A stretch of DNA of 39,505 nt, from positions 1-39,505 of the forward strand of contig JAFGSP010000167.1 of NCBI GenBank assembly GCA_016934775.1. The letters run 5' to 3'. The notes beneath the pieces were generated by a model. That model had not been told where the DNA came from and ran no database searches. It saw only the letters and a program-made list of their open reading frames with translations. Source of the stretch: Candidatus Woesearchaeota archaeon. GTDB taxonomy: Archaea > Nanobdellota > Nanobdellia > Woesearchaeales > GW2011-AR15. This document shows, piece after piece, positions 26,642-34,244 of this stretch. Each line of letters opens with the position of its first letter. Position 1 is the stretch's first letter. The position numbers were made by a program, and so were the translations under genes.

Positions 26642-27316
26642 ATGAAAGTTTTTATCGTCATCCCGGCATATAATGAGGCAGGAAAGATAAGAAGAGTCCT
26701 TTTGAAGCTGAAGAAAAACAGCTATAAGAACATCATTGTAGTGGATGACGGTTCAAAGGACTGCACAGCAAAGATTGCTGAGGAATCCGGCGCATATGTG
26801 CTTAAGCATGTCATCAACAGGGGGCAGGGGGCAGCATTGAAAACAGGGATTGATTACGCCCTGGAAAAAAAAGCAGACATCATTGTGACCTTTGATGCGG
26901 ATGACCAGTTCATGGTTAAAGAGATAAAGGACATAATATGTCCTGTCGCTAAAGGAGAGGTGGACATCGCTCTGGGATCAAGGTTCTTAGGCAAGGCAGT
27001 GAACATACCCTTTCTGAAAAAGATGGTACTGAAGCTGGGCATCTTTGTTGTCTTTCTTCTATACGGCATTAATATAACAGATTCCCAGGGAGGATTCAGG
27101 GCCATGTCACGGAAGGCCAGCCAGAGGATAAACCTGACAGCAGACAGGATGGAGCATGCTGCTGAATTCTTCTCAGAGATAATGAGAAACAAACTTAAAT
27201 ACAGAGAAGTTCCCATAACAGTAAGATATGATACATATGCCCTGAAGAAAGGCCAGAACTGGAGTGACAGTTTCGGCCTGGGCATGAAGATGCTCTTCAA
27301 CAAGTATATGAGGTAA
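26642..27316 (+). CDS. Family 2 glycosyltransferase (dolichyl/polyprenyl-phosphate sugar synthase-like)
   Basis: VIPAYNEAGKI ... IIVVDDGSKDCT ... TFDADDQF ... GFRAMSRKA. TATA-like ATTAATATAAAAAG lies about 25 nt upstream of the ATG. Confidence 0.88.
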   Translation: MKVFIVIPAYNEAGKIRRVLLKLKKNSYKNIIVVDDGSKDCTAKIAEESGAYVLKHVINRGQGAALKTGIDYALEKKADIIVTFDADDQFMVKEIKDIICPVAKGEVDIALGSRFLGKAVNIPFLKKMVLKLGIFVVFLLYGINITDSQGGFRAMSRKASQRINLTADRMEHAAEFFSEIMRNKLKYREVPITVRYDTYALKKGQNWSDSFGLGMKMLFNKYMR

Positions 27317-27318
27317 AA

Positions 27319-27654
27319 ATGATTACATTCATGCAGTTGCTGGCATTGGCTTTTATGAGTTTTGTCAGCAGCAGGGCTGTGCTCAGGGCAAAAGACAAGA
27401 AAATAAGCATCGGAGAGCTGTTCTTCTGGCTTGGTGTCTGGAGCGCCCTGATATTTGTGGTGTTCTTCCCTGATTTCACAACAAGAATGGCAAACCTTGT
27501 CGGCATAGGAAGAGGCATTGATATCATATTCTATACAAGCATCGCCATATTGTTCTACATGATATTCAGGCTGTATGTCAAGCTTGAGGATACAGAAAGG
27601 GAACTCACCAAAGTCGTTAGAAAACTATCAATGATGACAAAGAAGAGAAAATGA
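27319..27654 (+). CDS. DUF2304-family small membrane protein
   Basis: 111 aa with 3 TM segments. Typical pattern ...ELFFWLGVWSALIFVVFFPDFTTRMANLVGIGRGIDIIFYTSIAILFYMIF.... This family usually follows GT2 genes. Confidence 0.7.
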   Translation: MITFMQLLALAFMSFVSSRAVLRAKDKKISIGELFFWLGVWSALIFVVFFPDFTTRMANLVGIGRGIDIIFYTSIAILFYMIFRLYVKLEDTERELTKVVRKLSMMTKKRK

Positions 27655-28790
27655 GGGTCCTTCTATTAACTGAATATTTTCCTGATTCCCCTAATGCTGA
27701 AATAACAGGGGGAGTGGAGAGCAGGGCATTCAATATTGCGTCCAGAATGGCAAAGAAGCATGATGTCACTGTATTGACATCCTGGAGAGAAGGCCTTTCC
27801 AGGAAAAGTAAATTTGGAAAGCTCAAAGTCCTGAGAGAAGGCCCTCATCATGGCTACAGCAATTATGCAGGATTCATCTCAAGGATAGAATTTGCCATTG
27901 CCGCAATAAAAAAAGGCTCAAAACTAAGGGCTGACATCGTAGACGGATATAACTGGACAACATATCTTCCTGCGTATTTCATAGGCAGGGCTATAAAGAA
28001 GCCGATTGTGGCAACATACCATGAAACATGGACAGGAGAATGGATAAAGAACAAGGGCATAGTCACTGGCCTGCCTTATGAGATCTATGAGCGGATCCTT
28101 CTCAGATTGAATTATGATCTTGTGATGCCTGTCAGCGAGTTCACCAGAAAAAGACTTGCTGAAAGAGGCATAGATGAGAGCAAGATGACAGTGGTGAACA
28201 ACGGGGTGGATATAAAGAAGTTGGATAGTGTGAAGGGAAAAGGTGCAGGTGTATGCTATGTAGGCAGGCTGGTAAAGACAAAGAACGTGGATGTGCTGAT
28301 AAAGGCCATGAGCCTTGTTAATAAGAAATATCCTGATGTGAGATGCAGGATCATAGGACAGGGCCCTGAAATGAACAGGCTGAAGATGATGGCCAGGGAT
28401 TTTGGCGCTAATGTTGATTTTATGGGATTTATGGAGAAGTATGAAGATGTGATGAAAACAGTCAAATCAAGCAGCATACTATGCCATCCCGGTACTGTAG
28501 AGGGATTTGGGATGATACTCCTGGAGGCCATGGCGCTTGATATACCCTATGTCTGCAGTGACATAGAAGTATTCAGAGAGATAACAGATAATGGTAACGG
28601 AGGTTTTCTCTTTAAGCAGATAGACCACAAAGATCTGGCAAAAAAAATAATCATGCTGATAAAGGATAAGAAACTGTATTCTAAGAAAAAGGCTGAACTC
28701 AAAAAAACAGTCAGGAGATATGACTGGGATCCTATAGTGGAGAAGGTTGAGAAAGCTTATCTGTCTTTGATAAATGAAAAAAAGAAATAA
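27651..28790 (+). CDS. Family 4 (GT-B) glycosyltransferase
   Basis: MRVLLLTEYFP ... GGVESRAFNIA ... VGRLVKTKNVDVLIKA ... HPGTVEGFGMILLEAMALDIPYVCSD (E-x7-E region). ATGA overlap with the upstream gene. Confidence 0.88.
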   Translation: MRVLLLTEYFPDSPNAEITGGVESRAFNIASRMAKKHDVTVLTSWREGLSRKSKFGKLKVLREGPHHGYSNYAGFISRIEFAIAAIKKGSKLRADIVDGYNWTTYLPAYFIGRAIKKPIVATYHETWTGEWIKNKGIVTGLPYEIYERILLRLNYDLVMPVSEFTRKRLAERGIDESKMTVVNNGVDIKKLDSVKGKGAGVCYVGRLVKTKNVDVLIKAMSLVNKKYPDVRCRIIGQGPEMNRLKMMARDFGANVDFMGFMEKYEDVMKTVKSSSILCHPGTVEGFGMILLEAMALDIPYVCSDIEVFREITDNGNGGFLFKQIDHKDLAKKIIMLIKDKKLYSKKKAELKKTVRRYDWDPIVEKVEKAYLSLINEKKK

Positions 28791-29721
28791 GGAAAAACAT
28801 AGAAGGATTTGGAAACCCGTCTTTTTCATCGTTCTGGCACTCCTGGCAATAGAGATACTACTGAGGATAGCCGGCGGCTTATATCTAAGGTCACATTTCA
28901 GCCAGGAACAGGTAAATGGGGGACATACTATACTTGCGCTTGGAGAATCCAGCACAGCAGGATTATGGGTAGCTAAGGGGGAATCATATCCTGAGCAGCT
29001 CCAGGAAAAACTTAATGAAAAAGTGCCTGGAAAAAATATCAGTGTGATAGTGCCGCTTCATCTGGGCCAGAACACTGGCCAGATGTCCAACAGGCTTGCC
29101 CAGTATATCCGGATGTATGATCCGGAGCTCATCATAATCATGGCAGGCTACAACAATGAATGGAGCCTCGCAGAAAGCCATATTGACAGATATTTAAGCT
29201 GCCCTGAGAACATAAGGGCAAGAATCCTTGTATTCCTGGACAGCCTCAGGATTTTCAGGACGGCAAGATATTTTTTCCTGAAGGCTGTGCTTATGGACAG
29301 GTCATCCTATATATCAGGGCTTGAAGACAGCGGCTATCTTCTAGGCGGGCCTGAGCTAGTTAGATACCCTCCTGAAAAAGAAGTATATTCTTTTGCTGCT
29401 TCCCATAAAAAAGAGTTCATAGAGCTATGGCGGGATGATATGAAAAGCATGATAGATAAAGCCAGGGCAGACGGCATACCTGTTGTGCTCATGACATACC
29501 ACATCAACCCAAGCTACCTGGATGCGGATGAATTTGTGAAATTATCAGATGAAGAAAACATAACCCTTGTGAGGAACGACATCCTGTTCAGGCAGCTGGC
29601 AGAATCCGGGGAGATATCAAGATATGTTTTCCCTGCAGACAGGTGGCACCCTAATGCAGATGGATACAGGCTAATAGCGGAAAATGCAGCTGAGGCGATA
29701 ATCCGACAGGAGCTTATTTAA
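28774..29721 (+). CDS. SGNH/GDSL-family hydrolase with N-terminal membrane anchor
   Basis: TM segment WKPVFFIVLALLAIEILL. Block I ILALGESSTAG, block III IIMAGYNNE, block V ADRWHPNADGY. 17-nt overlap with the GT4 gene. Confidence 0.75.
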   Translation: MKKRNKEKHRRIWKPVFFIVLALLAIEILLRIAGGLYLRSHFSQEQVNGGHTILALGESSTAGLWVAKGESYPEQLQEKLNEKVPGKNISVIVPLHLGQNTGQMSNRLAQYIRMYDPELIIIMAGYNNEWSLAESHIDRYLSCPENIRARILVFLDSLRIFRTARYFFLKAVLMDRSSYISGLEDSGYLLGGPELVRYPPEKEVYSFAASHKKEFIELWRDDMKSMIDKARADGIPVVLMTYHINPSYLDADEFVKLSDEENITLVRNDILFRQLAESGEISRYVFPADRWHPNADGYRLIAENAAEAIIRQELI

Positions 29722-29772
29722 TACCTTGATGGACAGATCGATTTAAATATAAATTAATTCTTCCAAAAAGTC

Positions 29773-30396
29773 ATGGGAGACAGCCAAAATTCGTTGTACT
29801 TCGGATATGAAGCAAGAAAAAAGATTCGAGAAATCCATTTATGTTGCGATACTAATTTAGACCATGCCTATAACCTAGCATGTGATTTTAATTCTCCAGA
29901 CCCTCTCAACCCACTTGAAAATATGATTTTGGCAGATATATTTGCAAAATCAGGGGATTATGAGTCTGCATTCAGGAGTTATAACGCAGCATTGGATACA
30001 AACACAATACGTTCACTTGCTCTAGAGAGGGTAATCTATGCTGAGATGGGCCTGAAACATATATTGTTCGGTAATCATTTGCATAAATCAGGAGATTATG
30101 CAGGGGCCATGAAACATATCAATGACGCAAAGGAGTGTTTCATCAGAGCAATTGATTATGAGAAAGGAGAACCTATTGAAGCCCAATATTACATCATGTC
30201 CATTGTAAAACTTGTCGATGTGAGCCTTACACTTGATGATCTTGATACTGCAAAGAAGGCATTAGAGAACTATAGGCAGATTGATCCTGCAATGTTTGAG
30301 CTATTGAAATCCGGGGCATTCACAAAAGCTGATACAGACGCTGAGATCAGAATGTTATATAATATATATAAAGAGAAAATCCACAGACTCAACTAG
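29773..30396 (+). CDS. Hypothetical helical-repeat (TPR-like) protein
   Basis: Repeated A-x-x-F/Y-x-x-A-type helix pairs (ADIFAKSGDYESAFRSYNAAL, HKSGDYAGAMKHINDAKECFIRAI, LDDLDTAKKALENY). TATA-like ATTTAAATATAAATT lies about 26 nt upstream of the ATG. Confidence 0.5.
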   Translation: MGDSQNSLYFGYEARKKIREIHLCCDTNLDHAYNLACDFNSPDPLNPLENMILADIFAKSGDYESAFRSYNAALDTNTIRSLALERVIYAEMGLKHILFGNHLHKSGDYAGAMKHINDAKECFIRAIDYEKGEPIEAQYYIMSIVKLVDVSLTLDDLDTAKKALENYRQIDPAMFELLKSGAFTKADTDAEIRMLYNIYKEKIHRLN

Positions 30397-30437
30397 AATC
30401 CTAAATCTTTTTAAATCTGTTCCTTATGTTATTCAGT

Positions 30438-31304
30438 ATGGTGAGGAAGACGGCGGTCGCAGGCCAGTTCTATGAAGAGGATTTTGACGCATTGAACAAG
30501 CAGATAGAGGAATGCTTCTATTCAGAAAGAGGACCGGGAGACCTGCCTGTGAAAAGGGATGAGAAGAGCAGGATAAAGGCAGTGATAGTGCCGCATGCCG
30601 GCTACGGGTTTTCAGGTGCGTGCGCTGCCTGGGCTTACAAAGAGATAGCAGAGGCGAAGTTTCCCAAGGCATTCTTATTGCTAGGGCCTAATCATTTTGG
30701 TACGGGCTCAGGCATGAGCATAGAAGACTGGAAGATGCCGTTCGGCCTTGTAAAGTCAGAAAAAGACTTGATAAGGGGCATTAAGGAGAATACTTCCTTA
30801 GGCATAGCAGAGCATAACCATATAACAGAGCATTCATTAGAGGTGCAGCTGCCTTTGCTGCAGTTCTCAAACAGGGACAGGATGGCGGACATAAGGATAA
30901 TTCCTGCAGTCATTAGCAGGGACATAGATTTTTTGGAGCTGGGAAAAGAGCTCTACGATTATCTAAAAGGAAAAGATATCACAATAATAATAAGCTCTGA
31001 CTTCACGCATTACGGCCCTAACTACAGCTTTATGCCTTTCACAACAGACATCCCTGAAAGATTGACAAAGCTGGACAAGCAGGCCATAGACCTCATCAGC
31101 AATTATGATGTATCTGGATTCAAAGATTTTGTGAACAAGACCCAGATAACCATATGCGGGTATATGCCAATCCTCGTATTCTTAGCCATGATGCAGCACT
31201 ATGAAGAAAAGCCAAAGCCCCATCTATTGATGCATTACACATCAGGCGATGTCATCGGTGATTACAGGAACTCTGTCAGCTATGTCAGCATGGTGTTCAA
31301 GTAG
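30438..31304 (+). CDS. Memo-family protein (AmmeMemoRadiSam system protein B)
   Basis: VAGQFYEED ... AVIVPHAGYGFSGACAAWAY ... GPNHFG ... EHSLEVQLPLLQF ... SSDFTHYGPNY. Start placed at ATG 30438 (TATA-like CTTTTTAAATC at 30408-30418); the ORF-track start is 30426. Confidence 0.88.
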   Translation: MVRKTAVAGQFYEEDFDALNKQIEECFYSERGPGDLPVKRDEKSRIKAVIVPHAGYGFSGACAAWAYKEIAEAKFPKAFLLLGPNHFGTGSGMSIEDWKMPFGLVKSEKDLIRGIKENTSLGIAEHNHITEHSLEVQLPLLQFSNRDRMADIRIIPAVISRDIDFLELGKELYDYLKGKDITIIISSDFTHYGPNYSFMPFTTDIPERLTKLDKQAIDLISNYDVSGFKDFVNKTQITICGYMPILVFLAMMQHYEEKPKPHLLMHYTSGDVIGDYRNSVSYVSMVFK

Positions 31305-31372
31305 CTAAAAAACAAAACCATTAAATATTCGGATTGCTTAACTATATTCAGCATACGTGAGTATGCCGGTGG

Positions 31373-31498
31373 GGTGGTTGTCGCTGATACTTTTTTTCCA
31401 GAGCTCATGCTGATTTAATAGCATGGAACTGTGAGGCCCTTGCAAAAACTTCAGCTCAACGCCTGGACAATCTGACTCACAAGAAGCAGGCAACCACC
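31373..31498. ncRNA. Candidate structured RNA of unknown class (or a complex bidirectional terminator) in a 200-bp convergent gap
   Basis: 10-bp closing helix GGTGGTTGTC (31373-31382) with GGCAACCACC (31489-31498, one G-U pair), followed by T6 (31499-31504). Internal helices are CATGCT/AGCATG (31406-11 with 31420-25) and TGTGAG/CTCACA (31430-35 with 31476-81). An upstream hairpin GCATAC-GTGA-GTATGC (31351-31366) has a GNRA loop. The region is locally GC-enriched relative to other spacers. Strand is unresolved: the plus-strand reading contains an internal T7 (31391-31397). Confidence 0.3.
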
Positions 31499-31504
31499 TT
31501 TTTT

Positions 31505-32155
31505 CTAATTTATGACAAGAACCAATTCTCCTTTTGTCTTCAGGCCTGCGTTTGAGATGTCTAATATATTTCCGCGTATAATCTCTTCGAATTTTTTTGT
31601 CAGTTCACGGGCTATGGCAATTTCTTTTTCCGGGATTATGCCTGCCATTGTTTTCAATGTCTTAGATATCCTGTGCGGGCTCTCATATAATACAGCGGTC
31701 TCTTTTCTCTCTTTTATCTGGTTGATCAATGCCTTTTTTTTCGATTCCTGTTTAGGGATGAAGCCGTAGAAAGTGAACCTGTCAGTGGGCATGCCGGAGC
31801 AGATCAGGGCTGAGATGAGAGCGTTAGGGCCTGGAACAGGAGATACTTTGATATCCTTCTTGACGCATTCCCTCACAATATAAAAGCCCGGGTCGCTTAT
31901 TCCCGGAGTGCCTGAATCTGTGACCAGCGCTATGTCTTTTCCCTGCTTCAGCTCTTCGATTATCTTCGGGGTTACTCTCTCTTTGTTTGTGTCGTTGTAT
32001 GACAGCATCCTGTTCTCTATATTGTATTTTTTCAGCAGGATGCCTGTCCTCCTGGTGTCCTCTGCCAGGATGAGTCCTGATTCTTTAAGAATCCTGATGG
32101 CCCTGAAAGTGATGTCTTCCAAGTTGCCTATGGGAGTAGACACTAGATATAGCAT
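31505..32155 (-). CDS. rsmI: Bacterial-type 16S rRNA (cytidine-2'-O)-methyltransferase RsmI family protein
   Basis: Collinear with the E. coli RsmI core as I recall it: LYLVSTPIGNLEDITFRAIRILKESGLILAEDTRRTGILL ... IALVTDSGTPGISDPGF ... PGPNALISAL ... PTDRFTFYGFIP ... VLYESPHR ... ARELTKKFEE. Confidence 0.85.
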   Translation of the reverse strand: MLYLVSTPIGNLEDITFRAIRILKESGLILAEDTRRTGILLKKYNIENRMLSYNDTNKERVTPKIIEELKQGKDIALVTDSGTPGISDPGFYIVRECVKKDIKVSPVPGPNALISALICSGMPTDRFTFYGFIPKQESKKKALINQIKERKETAVLYESPHRISKTLKTMAGIIPEKEIAIARELTKKFEEIIRGNILDISNAGLKTKGELVLVIN

Positions 32156-32199
32156 ATGAAAAGGAGAATATTAAGCGGTTTATTTAGGTTTTGAAATTG

Positions 32200-32763
32200 T
32201 TATTGGCGAGAGAGCAGGAAATGTTGATTTGCATATATTCTATACATCATGACCCTATCAACATCTTCTCCTAGTCCCAAATCAATTGCTCCTGTCATGA
32301 TAATCGAGTATACTTCGCCAGGAAATATTGGGTTCTTCTGGATCTCAATTATTCCCTGGGTTGCTGATTCAACGTGTTTTATGAAGGCGCCATAATCTTT
32401 AGGAATGAATTCATCTACATGACAAAACCCCAGGCTGTTATTGATTTTAGACACTCCCTCTCCTTCTGGTCCTAAACTAAAAATAGGATAGCATGAATAG
32501 ATCTGGTAAAGCTGGGTGCTTCCCAGTTCAGCAACCAAGTCCTGGGAAGGTTCCCTGATAGGCCCCCATCTTATCAAAACTTTCCTGCCAAATATTTCGC
32601 CTTGTATCATCTCTTCTACAATAAAATTCAGGGTTTTCATATACAGCGCCTGCACGTCTTTTCCAAAACAAGAGATGTGTCTGCCTATATCATAATATTC
32701 TGCTATATTGGCCTTTATCTCTGCATCAAAGCCTTCTGCATATTTCTCTAAATCAGATATCAT
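32200..32763 (-). CDS. Hypothetical protein (no family recognised)
   Basis: 187-aa ORF. TATA-like GATTTAAATATAAG (minus strand, about 32778-32790) lies about 22-28 nt upstream of ATG 32763. Confidence 0.5.
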   Translation of the reverse strand: MISDLEKYAEGFDAEIKANIAEYYDIGRHISCFGKDVQALYMKTLNFIVEEMIQGEIFGRKVLIRWGPIREPSQDLVAELGSTQLYQIYSCYPIFSLGPEGEGVSKINNSLGFCHVDEFIPKDYGAFIKHVESATQGIIEIQKNPIFPGEVYSIIMTGAIDLGLGEDVDRVMMYRIYANQHFLLSRQ

Positions 32764-32799
32764 TCAGCCGGGAAGAAGAAGCTTATATTTAAATCTAGT

Positions 32800-32997
32800 T
32801 CACTTGAACATATAATAGTACTTGTTGCCGTCCAATTTGAAATCCAAGGTGTCTTTCTCAGTTTTCCTGAGCTTCTTGAGGTTGTTTGTCACAGAGCCTA
32901 TAGAGACTCTCAGCTTCTCTGCAATATCTTTAGAAGTATACCACTTGCCCTTGTTGGTTTTGAGGAAACTGAACACCTCTTGCTGGCCCATGCCCAT
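32800..32997 (-). CDS. Small winged-helix DNA-binding protein
   Basis: 65 aa: QQEVFSFLKTNKGKWYTSKDIAEKLRVSIGSVTNNLKKLRK + beta-wing (DFKLDGNKYYYMF). TATA-like AAAATATTTATTAAC lies about 26 nt upstream. Confidence 0.65.
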   Translation of the reverse strand: MGMGQQEVFSFLKTNKGKWYTSKDIAEKLRVSIGSVTNNLKKLRKTEKDTLDFKLDGNKYYYMFK

Positions 32998-33070
32998 AAT
33001 TAGGGGAGCCAGAGTTAATAAATATTTTGTAGTAATTGAATGTGAGTAAAAAAAACGAAAATCAGATTTG

Positions 33071-33086
33071 AGACTATATATTGTTT
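33071..33086. promoter_or_regulatory. NrdR-box-like 16-mer (alternatively just AT-rich promoter sequence)
   Basis: AGACTATATATTGTTT matches the bacterial NrdR-box consensus acaCwAtATaTwGtgt (as I recall it) at 14 of 16 positions. It lies in the divergent spacer between the wHTH gene and nrdR. I found no convincing second box at the usual ~31-bp spacing. Confidence 0.25.
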
Positions 33087-33192
33087 GATTTTCAAATATT
33101 ACGCAAGAGGATTATTTGTTGAAAATGCCTGAGAATTGCTCCCTGCATGCTTAATACAAAATTATTTTAATTGTATTAAGTTCTCATTTGTC

Positions 33193-33639
33193 ATGAGATG
33201 CCCGTACTGCGACTGTGTAAAGAGTAAAGTGGTTGATAAGAGGGGTTCAGAAAACTTCAGAGTGACTAGGAGGAGGAGGGAATGCCTCGAGTGCGGGAAG
33301 AGATACACCACCTATGAGCGTATAGAATCCATAGACATAATAGTGGTGAAAAAGGACGGGAAGAGGGAGCAGTTCGAGAGGCAGAAATTAGAACGGGGAA
33401 TAATGAAGGCATGCGAAAAGAGGCCGGTCTCCATAGATGAGATAAAAAAGCTTGTCTCAGATATCGAGCTTCATCTCAGGAACAAGGCCTCTACAGAGAT
33501 ACCCTCTAACCTCATAGGCAGGCTCGTCATGACCCGGCTGAAAAAGCTTGATAAGGTGTCATATATAAGGTTTGCATCTGTTTACAAAGATTTCAAGGAT
33601 CCTGAAGAATTCCAGGAGGAGATTTCGAAGATAAAATGA
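33193..33639 (+). CDS. nrdR: Transcriptional repressor NrdR (Zn-ribbon + ATP-cone)
   Basis: MRCPYCDCVKSKVVDKR ... RRRRECLECGKRYTTYE ... KKDGKREQFERQKLERGIMKACEKRPVS ... KLDKVSYIRFASVYKDFKDPEEF. Start placed at ATG 33193 (the ORF-track start at 33136 is TTG). TATA-like ATTATTTTAATTG lies about 25 nt upstream. Confidence 0.9.
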   Translation: MRCPYCDCVKSKVVDKRGSENFRVTRRRRECLECGKRYTTYERIESIDIIVVKKDGKREQFERQKLERGIMKACEKRPVSIDEIKKLVSDIELHLRNKASTEIPSNLIGRLVMTRLKKLDKVSYIRFASVYKDFKDPEEFQEEISKIK

Positions 33640-34244
33640 AGCAGTTAAAAGAACTTTTGGAAGTGTTTCTGACAATACAGGTATCAAAGGAGCTGCCAAG
33701 GCAGGGATTTTTGTATTCGGGCTTTAAGAGGAATGAAGCAGATAGTGTGGCAGCGCATGCCTACAGCGTGACTATATTTTCTTATCTTTTGGCGAGGCAG
33801 CTTAAGGAAGAGGGTTGGGACATAGATCCTGAAAAGGCGCTTAAGATAGCTTTGGTGCATGATCTCGGCGAAACAATAACAGGCGATATAGGGACTTATG
33901 CAAAAGACTTAGCTAGGGACAGGTTCGAGAAAGTAGAGAACCAGGCATTCAGGCTTCTTATCAGGAATATGCTCGGCAAGGATGAATTGATAGAGCTTTT
34001 TGAGGCATACCAGAACCTTGACACAGTTGAGGCCCAGATAGTCAAGTTTGCAGATGCCCTGGACGCGTTTGTGCAGGGATTCAATACGCCTTCCGCAGAC
34101 CTTGCAGATCTGATAAAGACCACCAAGTACATAGCCAGGAAGAAGATACAGAACAAAGAACTGTCAAAGATGTTCGACGAAGCCATGAAGATGATCACAG
34201 ACAAGAAGGTCACTGTGTACAAGGGGCATATCGGCGGGGAATGA
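33636..34244 (+). CDS. HD-domain phosphohydrolase (YfbR-like 5'-deoxynucleotidase family)
   Basis: ADSVAAHAYSV ... ALVHDLGETITGDI ... KFADALDAF (H...HD...D pattern). ATGA overlap with the nrdR stop. Confidence 0.8.
   Translation: MKQLKELLEVFLTIQVSKELPRQGFLYSGFKRNEADSVAAHAYSVTIFSYLLARQLKEEGWDIDPEKALKIALVHDLGETITGDIGTYAKDLARDRFEKVENQAFRLLIRNMLGKDELIELFEAYQNLDTVEAQIVKFADALDAFVQGFNTPSADLADLIKTTKYIARKKIQNKELSKMFDEAMKMITDKKVTVYKGHIGGE

Noticed and set aside
28479-28955. 158-aa minus-strand ORF across the GT4/SGNH junction, plus other antisense ORFs in the GT operon (26854-27303, 27297-27527, 27617-27851, 27863-28066 and 28256-28531).
   Set aside because: They are antisense to well-supported glycosyltransferase and SGNH genes, and their translations are low-complexity.
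31373-31498. Considered whether the ~126-nt closed-helix element is a 5S rRNA, a tRNA (including an intron-containing or split tRNA half), SRP RNA or RNase P RNA.
   Set aside because: A three-helix layout and the length are 5S-like. However, I could not find loop C/loop E-type consensus, no T-loop (GTTCRANNC) or matching acceptor arms, and no GGAAAGTCC-type RNase P or SRP helix-8 motifs. It is reported only as an unclassified candidate.
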